DNA from: Candidatus Multivoradales bacterium
Lineage (GTDB): Bacteria > Acidobacteriota > Thermoanaerobaculia > Multivoradales > JAHEKO01
Assembly: GCA_965223855.1 (NCBI GenBank)
Contig: CBDCXM010000009.1
Coordinates: forward strand, 416,001 to 480,000
DNA length: 64,000 nt
Reading direction: 5' to 3'
In this document: piece after piece, positions 46,046 to 58,216 of the stretch
Position numbering within the stretch: the stretch's first letter is position 1
How the letters are laid out: each line of letters opens with the position of its first letter
Notes under the pieces: model-generated
What the model saw: the letters and a program-made list of their open reading frames with translations, nothing else
Database searches by the model: none
Told to the model about the DNA's origin: nothing
Position numbers and translations under genes: made by a program

Positions 46046-47449
46046 ATGACGCCGCTCGACATCCACCTGATCGCGATCGGCGGCACCGGGATGGCCCCTC
46101 TCGCCTGCCTCCTGAAGGAACAAGGCCACCGGGTGCGAGGCTCCGACGGGCCGCTCTACCCGCCGATGAGCACGCTGCTCGCGGAAGCGGGGATCGAGCC
46201 GTTCGTCGGCTACCGGGCGGAGCATCTCGAGCCGGCTCCCGACCTGGTGGTCGTCGGTAACGCCCTCCGGCGCGACAACGAGGAGGCGACCGCCGCCCGT
46301 GATCGCGGCCTCGAGCAGCTCTCGATGCCCGAGGCGCTGGCGCGCTTCTTTCTCGCCGACCGCAAGCCTCTGGTCGTCGCCGGTACTCACGGCAAGACGA
46401 CGACCTCGTCGCTCGCCGCCTGGGTCTACTCCGCCTGCGACCGCGACCCCGGGTTCCTGATCGGCGGCGTGCCGCAGAACCTCGGCGTCAGCTTCGCCGC
46501 CGGCAGCGGCGAGCGCTTCGTCATCGAAGGCGACGAGTACAACGCCGCCTACTTCGATCGCGGCCCGAAGTTCCTCCACTACCGGCCGGAGACGGCCATC
46601 TTGACGAGCGTCGAGTACGACCACGCCGACCTCTACGACTCACCGGAGGCGCTGCTTGCCGCCTACCGCAGGCTGGTCGAGATCGTCCCCGCCGACGGCA
46701 CGCTGGTGGCGTGCGGCGACGCACCCGGCGTGACCGGGCTCGCGGCTTCGGCAGCCTGCGAAGTCGTCACCTACGGACTCGAGACGACGAACGACGTTCA
46801 CCCGATCGAGATCGAAGAACTGCCGGCTTCGACTCGCTGCCGGGTGGTCGCAGGCGGCGACCCCGCCGTCCCCCTCGAGTTCGGCGTCACCGGACGGCAC
46901 AACCTCCAGAACGCGATGGCGGTGTGGGCGGCGGCGCGGCGGGACGGGGTCGCGCCCGAAGCGATCGCCACCGCGATGAGCGAGTTCCGGGGCGTCCAGC
47001 GGCGTCAGCAGGAGCTCGGCACGGCGGCAGGTGTGACCGTGGTCGACGACTTCGCCCATCATCCGACCGCGGTGGCGGCGACGATCCCGGCGCTGCGCCA
47101 GCGCTACCCCGGACGACGGCTCGTGCTCGCCTTCGAACCCAGGAGCCTGACGGCGGGACGGGAGTGGTTCCACGCCCCGTATCTGCAGGCGTTCGGCGGC
47201 GCCGACGCCGTCTTCGTGGCGCCGATCTTCCACGCCGCCCGGCTGGAGGACGACGAACGGCTCGATCTCGAGCGGCTGGCGGCCGATCTCACCGTCGCCG
47301 GCACGCCGGCCTTTGCCCCGACCTCGATCGAGCAGCTCAAGCTGGACCTCCAGGCGTTCGTGACCGCCGGCGACGTGGTGGTGACGATGTCCTCGGGCTC
47401 GTTCGAGGGGCTTGGCCATGCGCTCCTGAGCGCTCTCGAGCCGGCCTGA
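46046..47449 (+). CDS. mpl: UDP-MurNAc:tripeptide ligase (murein peptide ligase)
   Basis: IAIGGTGM, YPPMST, AGTHGKTTTSS, IEGDEYNAAYFD, DDFAHHPTA, FEPRS. Confidence 0.9.
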   Translation: MTPLDIHLIAIGGTGMAPLACLLKEQGHRVRGSDGPLYPPMSTLLAEAGIEPFVGYRAEHLEPAPDLVVVGNALRRDNEEATAARDRGLEQLSMPEALARFFLADRKPLVVAGTHGKTTTSSLAAWVYSACDRDPGFLIGGVPQNLGVSFAAGSGERFVIEGDEYNAAYFDRGPKFLHYRPETAILTSVEYDHADLYDSPEALLAAYRRLVEIVPADGTLVACGDAPGVTGLAASAACEVVTYGLETTNDVHPIEIEELPASTRCRVVAGGDPAVPLEFGVTGRHNLQNAMAVWAAARRDGVAPEAIATAMSEFRGVQRRQQELGTAAGVTVVDDFAHHPTAVAATIPALRQRYPGRRLVLAFEPRSLTAGREWFHAPYLQAFGGADAVFVAPIFHAARLEDDERLDLERLAADLTVAGTPAFAPTSIEQLKLDLQAFVTAGDVVVTMSSGSFEGLGHALLSALEPA

Positions 47450-47544
47450 GGAGGGCCGTCGGGCGGCGTCCCGGAGTCGATATCGGGCGGCCGATCCCTG
47501 TGCTACCATCCCGGCGTTCCCGCCGTTATCGGCCTGATTCTCCA

Positions 47545-49596
47545 ATGACTTACCCTGGCGATCCCAAGCTGTCGGACGAGATCCGTCGACGGGTGGAGGA
47601 GACCTTCGCCCAGTCGCAGCAACTCGCTTCCGAGGGCAAGCAACAGGAAGCGACGCTCGGCTGCGAGTTCGTGCTGCGGCTCGATCCGCTCTTTGAGCCG
47701 GCGCGCCGGCTCATCGACCAGCTCGCCGGCGGCGAGACGCCGAACGGGGAGGGAGCGGCCACCGAAGCTCCGGCGAGCGAGCCCGCCGAGATGCCGATGC
47801 CGGACTTCTCGGCGCCGGCCGGGGAGGCCGGGGACGGAGATGCATCGGACAGCGGCGCTCCCGACATCTGGAGAGCCGACACAGGCCCGACCGAGGGCGA
47901 ACCGTCGGAGGCAGCGCCCACCGAGAGCGAACAGACGGGAGGCGCTTCGCCGCTCGAGAACTTCGACCTCGAAGCCGAGATCGACGATCTGCTCGATCGC
48001 CGCGACTTCCGCACCCTGATGAGCCTTGCCGAGGATCATCAGGCCGCCGTTCAGGCGAATCCGGATCTCGTCGCCAAGGTGACCCAGGCGGCCGAACGAC
48101 TCGAGGCCGAGCCGTACATGCGCGAGTTCCTCGACAACGCCGAGCGCGCCCAGCGCGAGGGTCGTGCCGAGGAGGCGGCACAGCTGATCGCCAAGGCGCG
48201 CGAGCTCGATCCCTCGCACCCGGCCTTGCCGCCGGAAGCGCCTTCGAGCCAGTTCAACGAAAGCAACGATCGCATCCGCGAGCTGCTCGAAGAAGGTCAG
48301 GCGTCGATCGATCGCAAGGACTACCAGGGTGCGATCGACTCCTGGTCGCGGATCTTCCTCATCGACATCGATCACCCGGAGGCGAACAAGCGGATCGAGA
48401 AGGCGCGCCGCATGAAGGCCGAGAGCGAGCGCCAGATCGAAGAGGCGTTCCACGAGGCGGTCTCGCTGTGGGAACTCGGCACCACCGACAAGGCGCGCGA
48501 GCTGTTCGAGAAGGTCCTCGAGCTCGATAGCGGCCACGCGGGTGCGAAGGAGTACCTCGATCGGATGGACGCGCGCCAGGTCGGCGAGATTCTCGACGCA
48601 CCCGACCCCGAACCCGGGCCCGCGGCGGGATCGATCGAGGGACTCGATCTCGGCGCCTCGGATGCCGAGATCATGATGCCTCCCGATCCCGGCGCGCCTG
48701 CGCCGGGCGCCGCCGGCAGCGTGACCGGGGCCGGTTTCGACGACTTCGAGCTGGACGCGGGGGTCGGCGAAGCCGAAGCTCCCGCGAAGCAGCCCGCCGC
48801 CAGGCGCGGCGGGCTGCTGCAGAAAAAGTTCCTCACCATCGCCGGGGCCGGTCTCGCGCTGCTGCTCGTCCTGCTGGCCGTGGCGTACTGGAAACGAGAC
48901 GCGCTGCTGCCGAACTCCGACGAAGCAGTGGGGAGCGCCAGACCCGACATCCTGGCGCGGGCGCAGAAGCTCCACGACCAGGGGCAGACTTCCATGGCGA
49001 TCGGTCAGCTCAGCCGGCTGTCGACCGACCACCCGCAGTACGCCGAGGCGCAGTCGCTGATCGCTCAGTGGGAGGCACCCGACGAAGAGGTGGCCGACGA
49101 GCCGCAGGGGCCGAGCCCGGCCCAGATCGCCGTGCGCGACTCGAGGGTGGCGAGCGCGCTCGCCGCACGTGATGCGCAGGAGTACCTGCTCGCCGCCGAG
49201 CTGTTGGACGAGGCGGCGGAGAGCGCGCCGCTCGAAGCCGAAGAGGAGCTGATCCTCGAAGAGGTCCGGCAGCGCCTCGCGCCTCTCGATTCGCAGATCG
49301 AGATGTACCGTCAGGGAGACTGGGAGTTCGTCCTGCCGGAGCTCTGGCGGCTCCATGCAGACGCTCCCGAAGACCGCGACATCATCCGCCTGATGGTCAA
49401 CTCCTACTACAACCTGGGGATCCGCGACCTTCAGCGCGGCGACGTCGTAGCGGCGGACGAAAAGCTGGAGCGCGCCGGAGAGCTCGACCCCGAGGATGCC
49501 GGCGTCGAGCGGCTGGCTCGTTTCTGTGACACCTACGCAGACCGGCCGGCGGACCTGCTCTACCGCATCTTCGTCAAGTACCTCCCGTTCCGGTGA
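47545..49596 (+). CDS. TPR-repeat membrane protein
   Basis: Helical repeats (WSRIFLIDIDHPEA), acidic linkers, single TM. Confidence 0.8.
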   Translation: MTYPGDPKLSDEIRRRVEETFAQSQQLASEGKQQEATLGCEFVLRLDPLFEPARRLIDQLAGGETPNGEGAATEAPASEPAEMPMPDFSAPAGEAGDGDASDSGAPDIWRADTGPTEGEPSEAAPTESEQTGGASPLENFDLEAEIDDLLDRRDFRTLMSLAEDHQAAVQANPDLVAKVTQAAERLEAEPYMREFLDNAERAQREGRAEEAAQLIAKARELDPSHPALPPEAPSSQFNESNDRIRELLEEGQASIDRKDYQGAIDSWSRIFLIDIDHPEANKRIEKARRMKAESERQIEEAFHEAVSLWELGTTDKARELFEKVLELDSGHAGAKEYLDRMDARQVGEILDAPDPEPGPAAGSIEGLDLGASDAEIMMPPDPGAPAPGAAGSVTGAGFDDFELDAGVGEAEAPAKQPAARRGGLLQKKFLTIAGAGLALLLVLLAVAYWKRDALLPNSDEAVGSARPDILARAQKLHDQGQTSMAIGQLSRLSTDHPQYAEAQSLIAQWEAPDEEVADEPQGPSPAQIAVRDSRVASALAARDAQEYLLAAELLDEAAESAPLEAEEELILEEVRQRLAPLDSQIEMYRQGDWEFVLPELWRLHADAPEDRDIIRLMVNSYYNLGIRDLQRGDVVAADEKLERAGELDPEDAGVERLARFCDTYADRPADLLYRIFVKYLPFR

Positions 49597-50297
49597 GCGA
49601 CGAACCTCTCGAGCTTCCGCTCTTCGAGTCCGACGACACGCCCTCTTCGGACGAGGCGGGCGACGTCGATCCCGACGTCGTGGTCGTCGAAACGATCGAC
49701 CTCGACGCTCCCGAGCCGGAAGCGACGCCGCCCTCGGCCACGGAGGATGCACTCTCCTCGACCCTCATTACCGGCGAGCTGAACCTCGACGCGGTTCGCA
49801 ACCCCGAAGACGACGACAGGAACGAGGATGGGGACCCGGAGGGAAGCTCGGGCGGCGAAGAGGAGGACAACTTCGACCCGCTCCTCGCCACGACGCTCCC
49901 GCAGAGAAAGCCGGCTGGACTCGTGGCGCGTCTCGTCGCCGGGTCGATCGACCTCGTGGTGCACGTCGCGACCGCCGGCCTCCTGATCGCCGGCGCCGAC
50001 CAGCTCGGAGTCGAGGTGCAGCAACGCCATCTCCTGCCGCTCGCCATCGTCATGGCGGCCTTTGCCTTCGTCTACCACCTCGTGCCGCTGACGTTCTGGG
50101 GGCGCACCCCCGGCATGGCGGTGACTGGGCTGCGTGCCCGCGCCGAGGGCGACCTGCCGGTCTCGATTCCGCAGGCCATCCGCCGCTTCGTCGGCGTGAC
50201 GGTGACCGTGGCGACGGCCGGGTTGGGAACCCTGCTGGCGCTCTCCGGCCGGTCGCTGGCCGACCGGATCAGCGGCACGTGGACCTGGAAAGCGTGA
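49593..50297 (+). CDS. RDD family membrane protein
   Basis: RLVAGSID, GRTPG...GLR, LADRISGT. Confidence 0.85.
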   Translation: MSDEPLELPLFESDDTPSSDEAGDVDPDVVVVETIDLDAPEPEATPPSATEDALSSTLITGELNLDAVRNPEDDDRNEDGDPEGSSGGEEEDNFDPLLATTLPQRKPAGLVARLVAGSIDLVVHVATAGLLIAGADQLGVEVQQRHLLPLAIVMAAFAFVYHLVPLTFWGRTPGMAVTGLRARAEGDLPVSIPQAIRRFVGVTVTVATAGLGTLLALSGRSLADRISGTWTWKA

Positions 50298-50380
50298 TCT
50301 GGTCGGCGTGACCCGAGAAACCTGACCCGGAAGGCCCGACCGGCCTCGGGTTGCGGGTCGGCCCCTGAGCGGCCGGAACG

Positions 50381-50773
50381 TCAGCCGGCGAGGCGCGCCT
50401 GGACGCGGGCCCGCCGCAGTGCCTTCTCGCGCTGAGCGAGGGCGATCTCGTCGTTCGCCGGCAGCGCCTGCGCCTCGGCCATCGCCGCAGCAGCACTCTC
50501 GCGATCGAAACTCTCCGGATCGCGGGCATCCTCGGTCAGCACCGTCAGCCGGTTGTCGACCATCTCGGCGAAGCCGCCGTCGACGTAGAGCGACGTCTTC
50601 CCTTCGGCGGTCTCGGCGCGCAGCAGTCCTACGTCGAGCTTCACCAGCAGCGGCGCGCGATCGCGCAGGAAGCCGATCTCACCGTCGTGCGCAGGCAGCG
50701 TGACCGACGTCGCCTCGACGTCGAGCACCGCCTCCTCGGGCGTGACCACACTGAGCGTGAACGTGCCGCTCAT
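50381..50773 (-). CDS. atpC: F1Fo ATP synthase epsilon subunit
   Basis: VVTPE, GEIG, VDGGFAE; operon position. Confidence 0.95.
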   Translation of the reverse strand: MSGTFTLSVVTPEEAVLDVEATSVTLPAHDGEIGFLRDRAPLLVKLDVGLLRAETAEGKTSLYVDGGFAEMVDNRLTVLTEDARDPESFDRESAAAAMAEAQALPANDEIALAQREKALRRARVQARLAG

Positions 50774-50793
50774 CGTCTGCCGGCTTCGGCCCG

Positions 50794-52251
<1,458 letters not shown>

Positions 52252-52266
52252 CTATGGGCTTCGCCG

Positions 52267-53139
52267 TCAGGCGAGTGCATTGGCGCCGCCGACGATGTCG
52301 AGCAGCTCCATGGTGACCTGGGTTTGGCGCGCCCGGTTGTACTGCATCGTCAGGCGCTTGATCATGTCTTCGGCGGCGTCGGTGGCGGCCTTCATCGCCA
52401 CCATCCGCGCTACCTGCTCGCTGACCGCCGCGTCCGTGAACGCCTGGAAGATGCGCACACGCACGGTCGCCGGCAGCAGCTCGTCGAGCAGCTCCTGCGG
52501 ACTGGGCGAGAACTCGTACTCGACGTTGGCGCCGCCTTCCTCGCCCTCGGGGGCTTCGTAGGAGAGCGGCAGAATCTGCTCGATGACGGGAATCTGCTTG
52601 CCGGTCGAGACGAACTTCATGTAGCCGACGTGAAGGGCGGCGATCTCACCGCGCACGAAGGCGTCCATCAGCCGGTTGGCGACCGGCTCGACCTGGTCGA
52701 AGCGCGGACTGTCGCCGAGGCCGGTAATCTCGTCGGCCACCGGTCGATTGCGGAAGGCGAAGTTGGCGACCCCTTTGCCGCCGACCATGGTGACCTCGCT
52801 CTCGACACCGTCGTCGCGGCGCGCGTCGATGTGATCCATCGTCGCCTTGAGGACGTTGGCGTTGTAGCCGCCGCAAAGGCCCCGATCGGATGTCAGCACC
52901 AGCAACGCTTCGCGGTCGACCCCCTCGTGCACCTGCATCAGCGGGTGGTCGAGACCGTCCGCCGCTCGGGCGAGACCGCCGACGAGCTGCGCCAGCTTCT
53001 CGGTGTACGGCTTGCCGGCGGTGGCGCGATTGAACGCCGCCTGGAAGCGCGCCGTGGCGATCAGCTGCATCGTCCGCGTGATCTTGCGGATGTTGCGCGT
53101 CGCGCTGCGGCGCTTGACGAGAACTCTACGGTTGGCCAT
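52267..53139 (-). CDS. atpG: F1Fo ATP synthase gamma subunit
   Basis: KITRTMQLIA, SDRGLCGGYN, YNRARQTQVT. Confidence 0.98.
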   Translation of the reverse strand: MANRRVLVKRRSATRNIRKITRTMQLIATARFQAAFNRATAGKPYTEKLAQLVGGLARAADGLDHPLMQVHEGVDREALLVLTSDRGLCGGYNANVLKATMDHIDARRDDGVESEVTMVGGKGVANFAFRNRPVADEITGLGDSPRFDQVEPVANRLMDAFVRGEIAALHVGYMKFVSTGKQIPVIEQILPLSYEAPEGEEGGANVEYEFSPSPQELLDELLPATVRVRIFQAFTDAAVSEQVARMVAMKAATDAAEDMIKRLTMQYNRARQTQVTMELLDIVGGANALA

Positions 53140-53162
53140 GGCTCAGCTCGAGGAGGGGTCGC

Positions 53163-54866
53163 TCAGTCGGAGAGGAACTGCTGCTTGAAGTTGCCGACGA
53201 CGCCACCGAGGGTCTCGGAGAGCTCGTCGGAGAGCTTGCCGGTGGAGCCGATCTCTTCGAGGATCTCCGGGAACTCGTCGCGCACGTGGCCGAGAAGTTC
53301 GCTCTCGAAGTCGGCGACCTTCGCCACGTCGAGATCGTCGAGGTAGCCCTTGGTGCCGGCGAAGATCGAAACCACCTGCTCGGCGACAGAGAACGGCTCG
53401 TACTGCGGCTGCTTGAGCAGCTCGACCATGCGGGCACCGCGATCGAGCTGCTTCTGCGTGGCGTCGTCGAGCTCGGTGCCGAGCTGCGCGAATGCCTCGA
53501 GGGCGCGGAACGCCGCCAGATCGAGTCGCAACGAACCGGCGAGCTTCTTCATCGCCTTGATCTGTGCGTTTCCACCGACACGCGACACCGAGATACCGAC
53601 GTTGACCGCCGGCCGGACACCGGCGAAGAAGAGATCGGGCTCGAGGAAGATCTGGCCGTCGGTGATCGAGATCACGTTGGTCGGAATGTAGGCCGAGACC
53701 TCGCCTTCGAGGGTCTCGATGATCGGCAGCGCGGTCATCGAGCCGCCGCTGTCGGGGAACTTGTGCACCTTGTAGCCGCCGCCGGCCGCCTCGACGGCCG
53801 CCTCGGCCCGCTCCAGCCCTTCGCCCCGGTGGTAGAGACCGGCGGGGTCGTCGGGAGCGTGCTCCTTCATCGCGTCGAGATCGGTCACCGCGACCGAGCG
53901 GTCGGTGGTGGCGTCGTCGGTCTCGGCGCGCACGATCGCGTACTCGTCGCGCAGCTTGACGGCGCGCTCGAGCAGGCGGGAATGGAGATAGAAGACGTCG
54001 CCGGGGTACGCCTCACGACCCGGCGGGCGACGCAGCAGCAGCGAGAGCTGGCGGTAGGCGTGCGCCTGCTTCGAGAGATCGTCGTAGATCACCAGCGTCG
54101 CCTTGCCCTGCTGGTACATGAAGTACTCGGCCATCGCCGCGCCGGCGTAGGGGGCGATGTACTGGAGCGGCGCCGGGTCGGAAGCCGAAGCGGAGACGAC
54201 GATGGTGTAGTCCATCGCGCCGAGCTCGCGCAGCTTCTCGACCGTGCCGACCACGGTCGACTCCTTCTGGCCGACGGCGACGTAGATGCAGACGACGTCG
54301 CCACCCTTCTGGTTGACGATCGCGTCGAGGGCGATCGCCGTCTTGCCGGTCTTGCGGTCGCCGATGATCAGCTCGCGCTGGCCACGGCCGATCGGGATCA
54401 TGCCGTCGATCGCCTTGACACCGGTCTGGAGCGGCTCGTCGACAGGCTGGCGAGCGGCGATGCCCGGCGCCTTGAACTCGAGCGGCCGCCGATGCGGCGT
54501 CTCGACCGTTCCCAGGCCGTCGAGCGGGCGGCCGAGGGGATCGACCACGCGGCCGACGAGCGCCTCGCCGCACGGCACCGACAGCAGCTCGCCGGTGCGA
54601 CGAACCTCGTCGCCCTCCTTGATCGACAGGTAGTCGCCGAAGATGACGACGCCGACCGACCCCTCTTCGAGGTTGAACACCTGGCCGTACTCGCCGTTCT
54701 CGAACTGCAACTGCTCCCCAGCGAGTGCGTTGGTCAGGCCGTAGACGCGAGCGATGCCGTCGCCGACCTCGAGCACGCGGCCAACTTCGGACAGGTCCAC
54801 CTCGGTCCGGTAGTTGCTGATCTCTTCGGTCAGGACCGACGAAATCTCATCCACCTTGAACTTCAT
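53163..54866 (-). CDS. atpA: F1Fo ATP synthase alpha subunit (with ~60-aa insert)
   Basis: [36 protein letters not shown]. Confidence 0.99.
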   Translation of the reverse strand: MKFKVDEISSVLTEEISNYRTEVDLSEVGRVLEVGDGIARVYGLTNALAGEQLQFENGEYGQVFNLEEGSVGVVIFGDYLSIKEGDEVRRTGELLSVPCGEALVGRVVDPLGRPLDGLGTVETPHRRPLEFKAPGIAARQPVDEPLQTGVKAIDGMIPIGRGQRELIIGDRKTGKTAIALDAIVNQKGGDVVCIYVAVGQKESTVVGTVEKLRELGAMDYTIVVSASASDPAPLQYIAPYAGAAMAEYFMYQQGKATLVIYDDLSKQAHAYRQLSLLLRRPPGREAYPGDVFYLHSRLLERAVKLRDEYAIVRAETDDATTDRSVAVTDLDAMKEHAPDDPAGLYHRGEGLERAEAAVEAAGGGYKVHKFPDSGGSMTALPIIETLEGEVSAYIPTNVISITDGQIFLEPDLFFAGVRPAVNVGISVSRVGGNAQIKAMKKLAGSLRLDLAAFRALEAFAQLGTELDDATQKQLDRGARMVELLKQPQYEPFSVAEQVVSIFAGTKGYLDDLDVAKVADFESELLGHVRDEFPEILEEIGSTGKLSDELSETLGGVVGNFKQQFLSD

Positions 54867-54880
54867 CTCAGATACCTCTC

Positions 54881-55468
54881 TCAGGTCGTCGCGTTGTGGA
54901 TCTCGTGCGTCGCACGTTCCCGCAACTGGTCATCCAACTGGCGCAGGTCCGTCGCCAGGCTGTAGTCGATCTTGCGGTCGCCCACCGACACGACGATGCC
55001 GCCGAGCGTCTTCGGGTCGACCGTTTCTGCCAGGCGCACCTTCTTTCCGGTGATGCGGCCCAGCGTGTCCGTAAGTCTGGTGCGCAGCGCCTCGGTGAGC
55101 GGGGTCGCCGAGACGACCGTCGCATCCACCCGACCCCGCAGTTCGTCGAGCGCCTGGCGGTAGGCGACGGCCAGCGCCCGGATCAGGCCGAGACGGCCTT
55201 TCCTGTTCATCACCTGCAGGGTGTCGACGACCAGGTCGTCCGCCTGCCCCCGCAGGACCTTCTCGAGCGTGTCGCGTCGCGCATCGACGTCGACCAGCGG
55301 GCTCGAGAAGAAGCGCTCGAGGTCCGGATCGCGATCCTGCAGGGCGACGAGATCGTCGAGCTCTTCGAGCACGGCATCGCCGATGCCGCGTTCCTCGGCC
55401 AGCCCGAGGACGGACTCGGCGTAGACGCGGGCGATCGAGAGTTCGCGATCGTTGACGTGATGGCTCAT
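54881..55468 (-). CDS. atpH: F1Fo ATP synthase delta subunit
   Basis: [25 protein letters not shown]. Confidence 0.95.
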   Translation of the reverse strand: MSHHVNDRELSIARVYAESVLGLAEERGIGDAVLEELDDLVALQDRDPDLERFFSSPLVDVDARRDTLEKVLRGQADDLVVDTLQVMNRKGRLGLIRALAVAYRQALDELRGRVDATVVSATPLTEALRTRLTDTLGRITGKKVRLAETVDPKTLGGIVVSVGDRKIDYSLATDLRQLDDQLRERATHEIHNATT

Positions 55469-55483
55469 GGCGCGTTCAGTGGC

Positions 55484-56086
55484 TCAGTTGAGGTTCTGCT
55501 CGCCGAGCTTGGCGATCGCGTCCTCGATCAGGCGCTCGTGATCCTCGGCCTTCACTTCGCGCGCGATCACCTTCGAGGCGATGTCGGTCGCCACCCTGGC
55601 GCTGGTCTCGTAGAGCTCCCGCACCGCAGTCGACCTGGCGATCTCGATCTCGCGCTTGGCTCGGGCGAGCATTTTCGACGCCTCGCCGCGAGCCTCCTCC
55701 TCGATGGTCGCCTTGACCACCTCGGCGTCGCGGCGCCCCTCCTCGACGATCGCCGTCGCCTCGGCGCGGGCGTCGTTGAGCTTGTCGGTGTATTCCTGAA
55801 GCGTCGCCGCCGCCTCTTCGCGGTCGCTCTTCGCCTGCTCGAGCGATTCGCGGATGAAGCTCTCGCGCTCCTGGAGTGTCGAGAGCAGCGGCCCCCAGGC
55901 GAACTTGCCGAGAAAGAAGACCGCCAGCAGGAAGATGACGAGCGTCCAGATCGCGTTGCCGAGATCGCCGGCGAAGAGATTGGACTCTCCGCCACCGCCG
56001 CCCGCGGCATGGGCCGCTCCGGCGCCGGCGATCGCGAGGACCAGCAGGGTGAGCACGGTGGTCTTGGCTGTCGTGAATCGAGTCAT
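55484..56086 (-). CDS. atpF: F1Fo ATP synthase b subunit
   Basis: KFAWGPL...ERE..I, long coiled coil; start approximate. Confidence 0.95.
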   Translation of the reverse strand: MTRFTTAKTTVLTLLVLAIAGAGAAHAAGGGGGESNLFAGDLGNAIWTLVIFLLAVFFLGKFAWGPLLSTLQERESFIRESLEQAKSDREEAAATLQEYTDKLNDARAEATAIVEEGRRDAEVVKATIEEEARGEASKMLARAKREIEIARSTAVRELYETSARVATDIASKVIAREVKAEDHERLIEDAIAKLGEQNLN

Positions 56087-56124
56087 AGCGACCCTTCCGT
56101 CGGGCTGCAAAGCCCGGGGATCAA

Positions 56125-56158
56125 CGGCGGCCGGGGCGCCGAACGCCCCGGCCCGCCG
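56125..56158. other. Stem-loop between atpE and atpF
   Basis: GGCCGGGGCG ... CGCCCCGGCC inverted repeat; plausible mRNA-stabilising structure. Confidence 0.5.
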
Positions 56159-56167
56159 GGTATTGCG

Positions 56168-56494
56168 TCAGAGAACCGCGAGCAGTCCGACGAGAACGGC
56201 GAAGAGCGTCGCGCCTTCGACGAAGGCTGCGGTGAGCAGCATCGCCGGGCTGATCTTGTCGGCCGCCTCGGGCTGGCGCGCCATCGACTCGACGGCACTG
56301 CCGCCGATCCGGCCGATACCGGCCGCGCCGCCCATCACCGCCAGACCGGCGCCGATCGCGCCGCCCAGCTTGCGGGCACCGTCCGTCGTCAGCAGAGCGC
56401 CACCCTCTTCGGCGGCGAACGCGGCGGGAGCGAGCATCAGGCCGAGGCCGAAGACGATCGCCACCAGAGCGAACTTTGCGAACTTCTTGTTCAT
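56168..56494 (-). CDS. atpE: F1Fo ATP synthase c subunit
   Basis: GIGRIGG, ARQPE loop, FVEGA ion-binding Glu. Confidence 0.97.
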   Translation of the reverse strand: MNKKFAKFALVAIVFGLGLMLAPAAFAAEEGGALLTTDGARKLGGAIGAGLAVMGGAAGIGRIGGSAVESMARQPEAADKISPAMLLTAAFVEGATLFAVLVGLLAVL

Positions 56495-56620
56495 GAGGTG
56501 TTTCCTTTTTTTCGGGAGTCCGGCGGGGCAGACCCCCCGTTCGAATTCGCCATCGCAGTCACGCCTCGTGGCCCGCGTGCCCCGCGCTTGTCCGGGCATG
56601 GCGAAGATCTGGAACTTGCT

Positions 56621-57475
56621 CTAGTGAGCGTGAGCCTCCTCGTGGTCGTCGTGGTGGAACAGGATCGACTGACCGATGAACATGACGGTGAGGAAGGTGA
56701 AGATGAACGCCTGAATGAAGGCGACGAGAATCTCGAGGAAGGTGATCGCGACCGAGCCGACCACCACCGGTACGGCGATGCCGAAGCCGAGGCCGGTGCT
56801 CGCCGCGCCCGCCGAGAGGATGAAGCTCAGCAACACCGCGAGGATGATGTGGCCGGCGACCATGTTGGCAAACAGACGCACCGTCAGGGCGAAGGTCTTG
56901 GCGATGAAGCCGATGATCTCGAGCGGCACCAGAAGCGGCGCGAGCCACAGCGGCCCCGGGCACAGATGGGCGACGAAGTGCTTGCCGCCGATCCTGAGGC
57001 CGTTGTAGACCATCATGAAGAGCGTCAGGGTCGCGAGCGTCGCCGTCACCCAGATGTTGGCGGTCGCCGTGCCGCCGATGTAGACCGGGCTGACGAACGG
57101 GCTGATCGCGCCGATCGGCAGCAGGCCGAGCAGGTTGAGCGACAGGACGAAGAAGAACACCGTCCAGATGTAGGGGATGAAGCGGTCGGTGTACTCCCCC
57201 AGGTTGGGGCGGGCGATGTCGTTGCGGAAGTACGAGCAGATCGCCTCGATGCCGTTGCCGAAACCGCTCGGCACGAGGCGCTCGATCCCCTCGCTCGACT
57301 TCTTCCTGAGCGAACGCGGCAGCACCAGGACGAGCACGAAGAACGCCAGCACGATCATGCTGATGTGGTCGGAGAAGACCGTCAGCTTCTGCTCGGGCGT
57401 CAACGGGCCGAAGTCGGCGTCGATCTGATGGATCGGGTGCTGGACGACGTGGGAGAGAGGGTTGGAAGCGGCCAT
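56621..57475 (-). CDS. atpB: F1Fo ATP synthase a subunit
   Basis: NLLGLLP, TATAN, VRLFANMVAGH, LEILVAFIQAFIF. Confidence 0.98.
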   Translation of the reverse strand: MAASNPLSHVVQHPIHQIDADFGPLTPEQKLTVFSDHISMIVLAFFVLVLVLPRSLRKKSSEGIERLVPSGFGNGIEAICSYFRNDIARPNLGEYTDRFIPYIWTVFFFVLSLNLLGLLPIGAISPFVSPVYIGGTATANIWVTATLATLTLFMMVYNGLRIGGKHFVAHLCPGPLWLAPLLVPLEIIGFIAKTFALTVRLFANMVAGHIILAVLLSFILSAGAASTGLGFGIAVPVVVGSVAITFLEILVAFIQAFIFTFLTVMFIGQSILFHHDDHEEAHAH

Positions 57476-57491
57476 GTCTGCTTGCTCGCGG

Positions 57492-57914
57492 TCAGTCGTT
57501 TCGAGGGTCGTTGCTGCGGGTCGCGGAAAGCGTCAGGAGGATGTCGATCGGCAGGAGGGCGAGGTAGCTGATCCCGACCCAGACGAGGAACGGCTTGCGG
57601 GCGATCTCGCTTCCGAGCACCACCACCAGGGAAAGCCCCAGGGCGACCGCCATCCGCAGCGAGGTCCCCCCGAGCAGGGTGACCATCTCCTGGGACGCGT
57701 TCCCTCCCGATCGAGACCGCAACACCGGCAGGATTCCAAGCAGGGAAGCCGCGAGGCTCACCCCGATTCCTGCCAGCATCGCTCGTATGCCTGACGCACC
57801 TCCGAGATTCTGTGTGGGAAACCACCCGAGCGCCGCCAGCGCGCCGCTCGCGAGGATCAGTGTCGTGGCCAGCCGCAGAAACAGCGTGGCGGCACCATGA
57901 CCACCGGAACCCAC
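57492..57914 (-). CDS. AtpI-like membrane protein
   Basis: 4 TM, immediately upstream of atpB. Confidence 0.65.
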   Translation of the reverse strand: MGSGGHGAATLFLRLATTLILASGALAALGWFPTQNLGGASGIRAMLAGIGVSLAASLLGILPVLRSRSGGNASQEMVTLLGGTSLRMAVALGLSLVVVLGSEIARKPFLVWVGISYLALLPIDILLTLSATRSNDPRND

Positions 57915-57919
57915 GTTCG

Positions 57920-58165
57920 TTATGTCTCCGGATTCCCTCGCTTCGTCGAAGACCGCCGGTTGGCACCGAGGCCCTGACGCACAAGATTATACATGCCGCC
58001 GACGATTCCGAGAACGCCCCCGATCGCGAGTCCGAGCGTCGACTTCTCCCAGTACCCGCCGATCCAGTAGCCGAAGAGACCCATCCCGACCACCGCGCCG
58101 AGCAGCTCGAACCCCTTGCTGTAGGCCCCCATCCAACCGGGGCCTCCCGAGGGCCTGCCGCTCAC
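57920..58165 (-). CDS. AtpZ/AtpI family protein
   Basis: GFELLGAVVG..LFGYWIG...GGVLGIVGGMYNL pattern at head of atp operon. Confidence 0.85.
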   Translation of the reverse strand: MSGRPSGGPGWMGAYSKGFELLGAVVGMGLFGYWIGGYWEKSTLGLAIGGVLGIVGGMYNLVRQGLGANRRSSTKRGNPET

Positions 58166-58216
58166 GCCGGGACCAGCCTGGAGAGGGGCTGCGGATCGGT
58201 CGGAGACTCGGGCATC

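Noticed and set aside
50310-50370. GC-rich structured stretch between RDD gene and atpC as an ncRNA
   Set aside because: No recognisable RNA family motif; consistent with a hairpin between convergent genes
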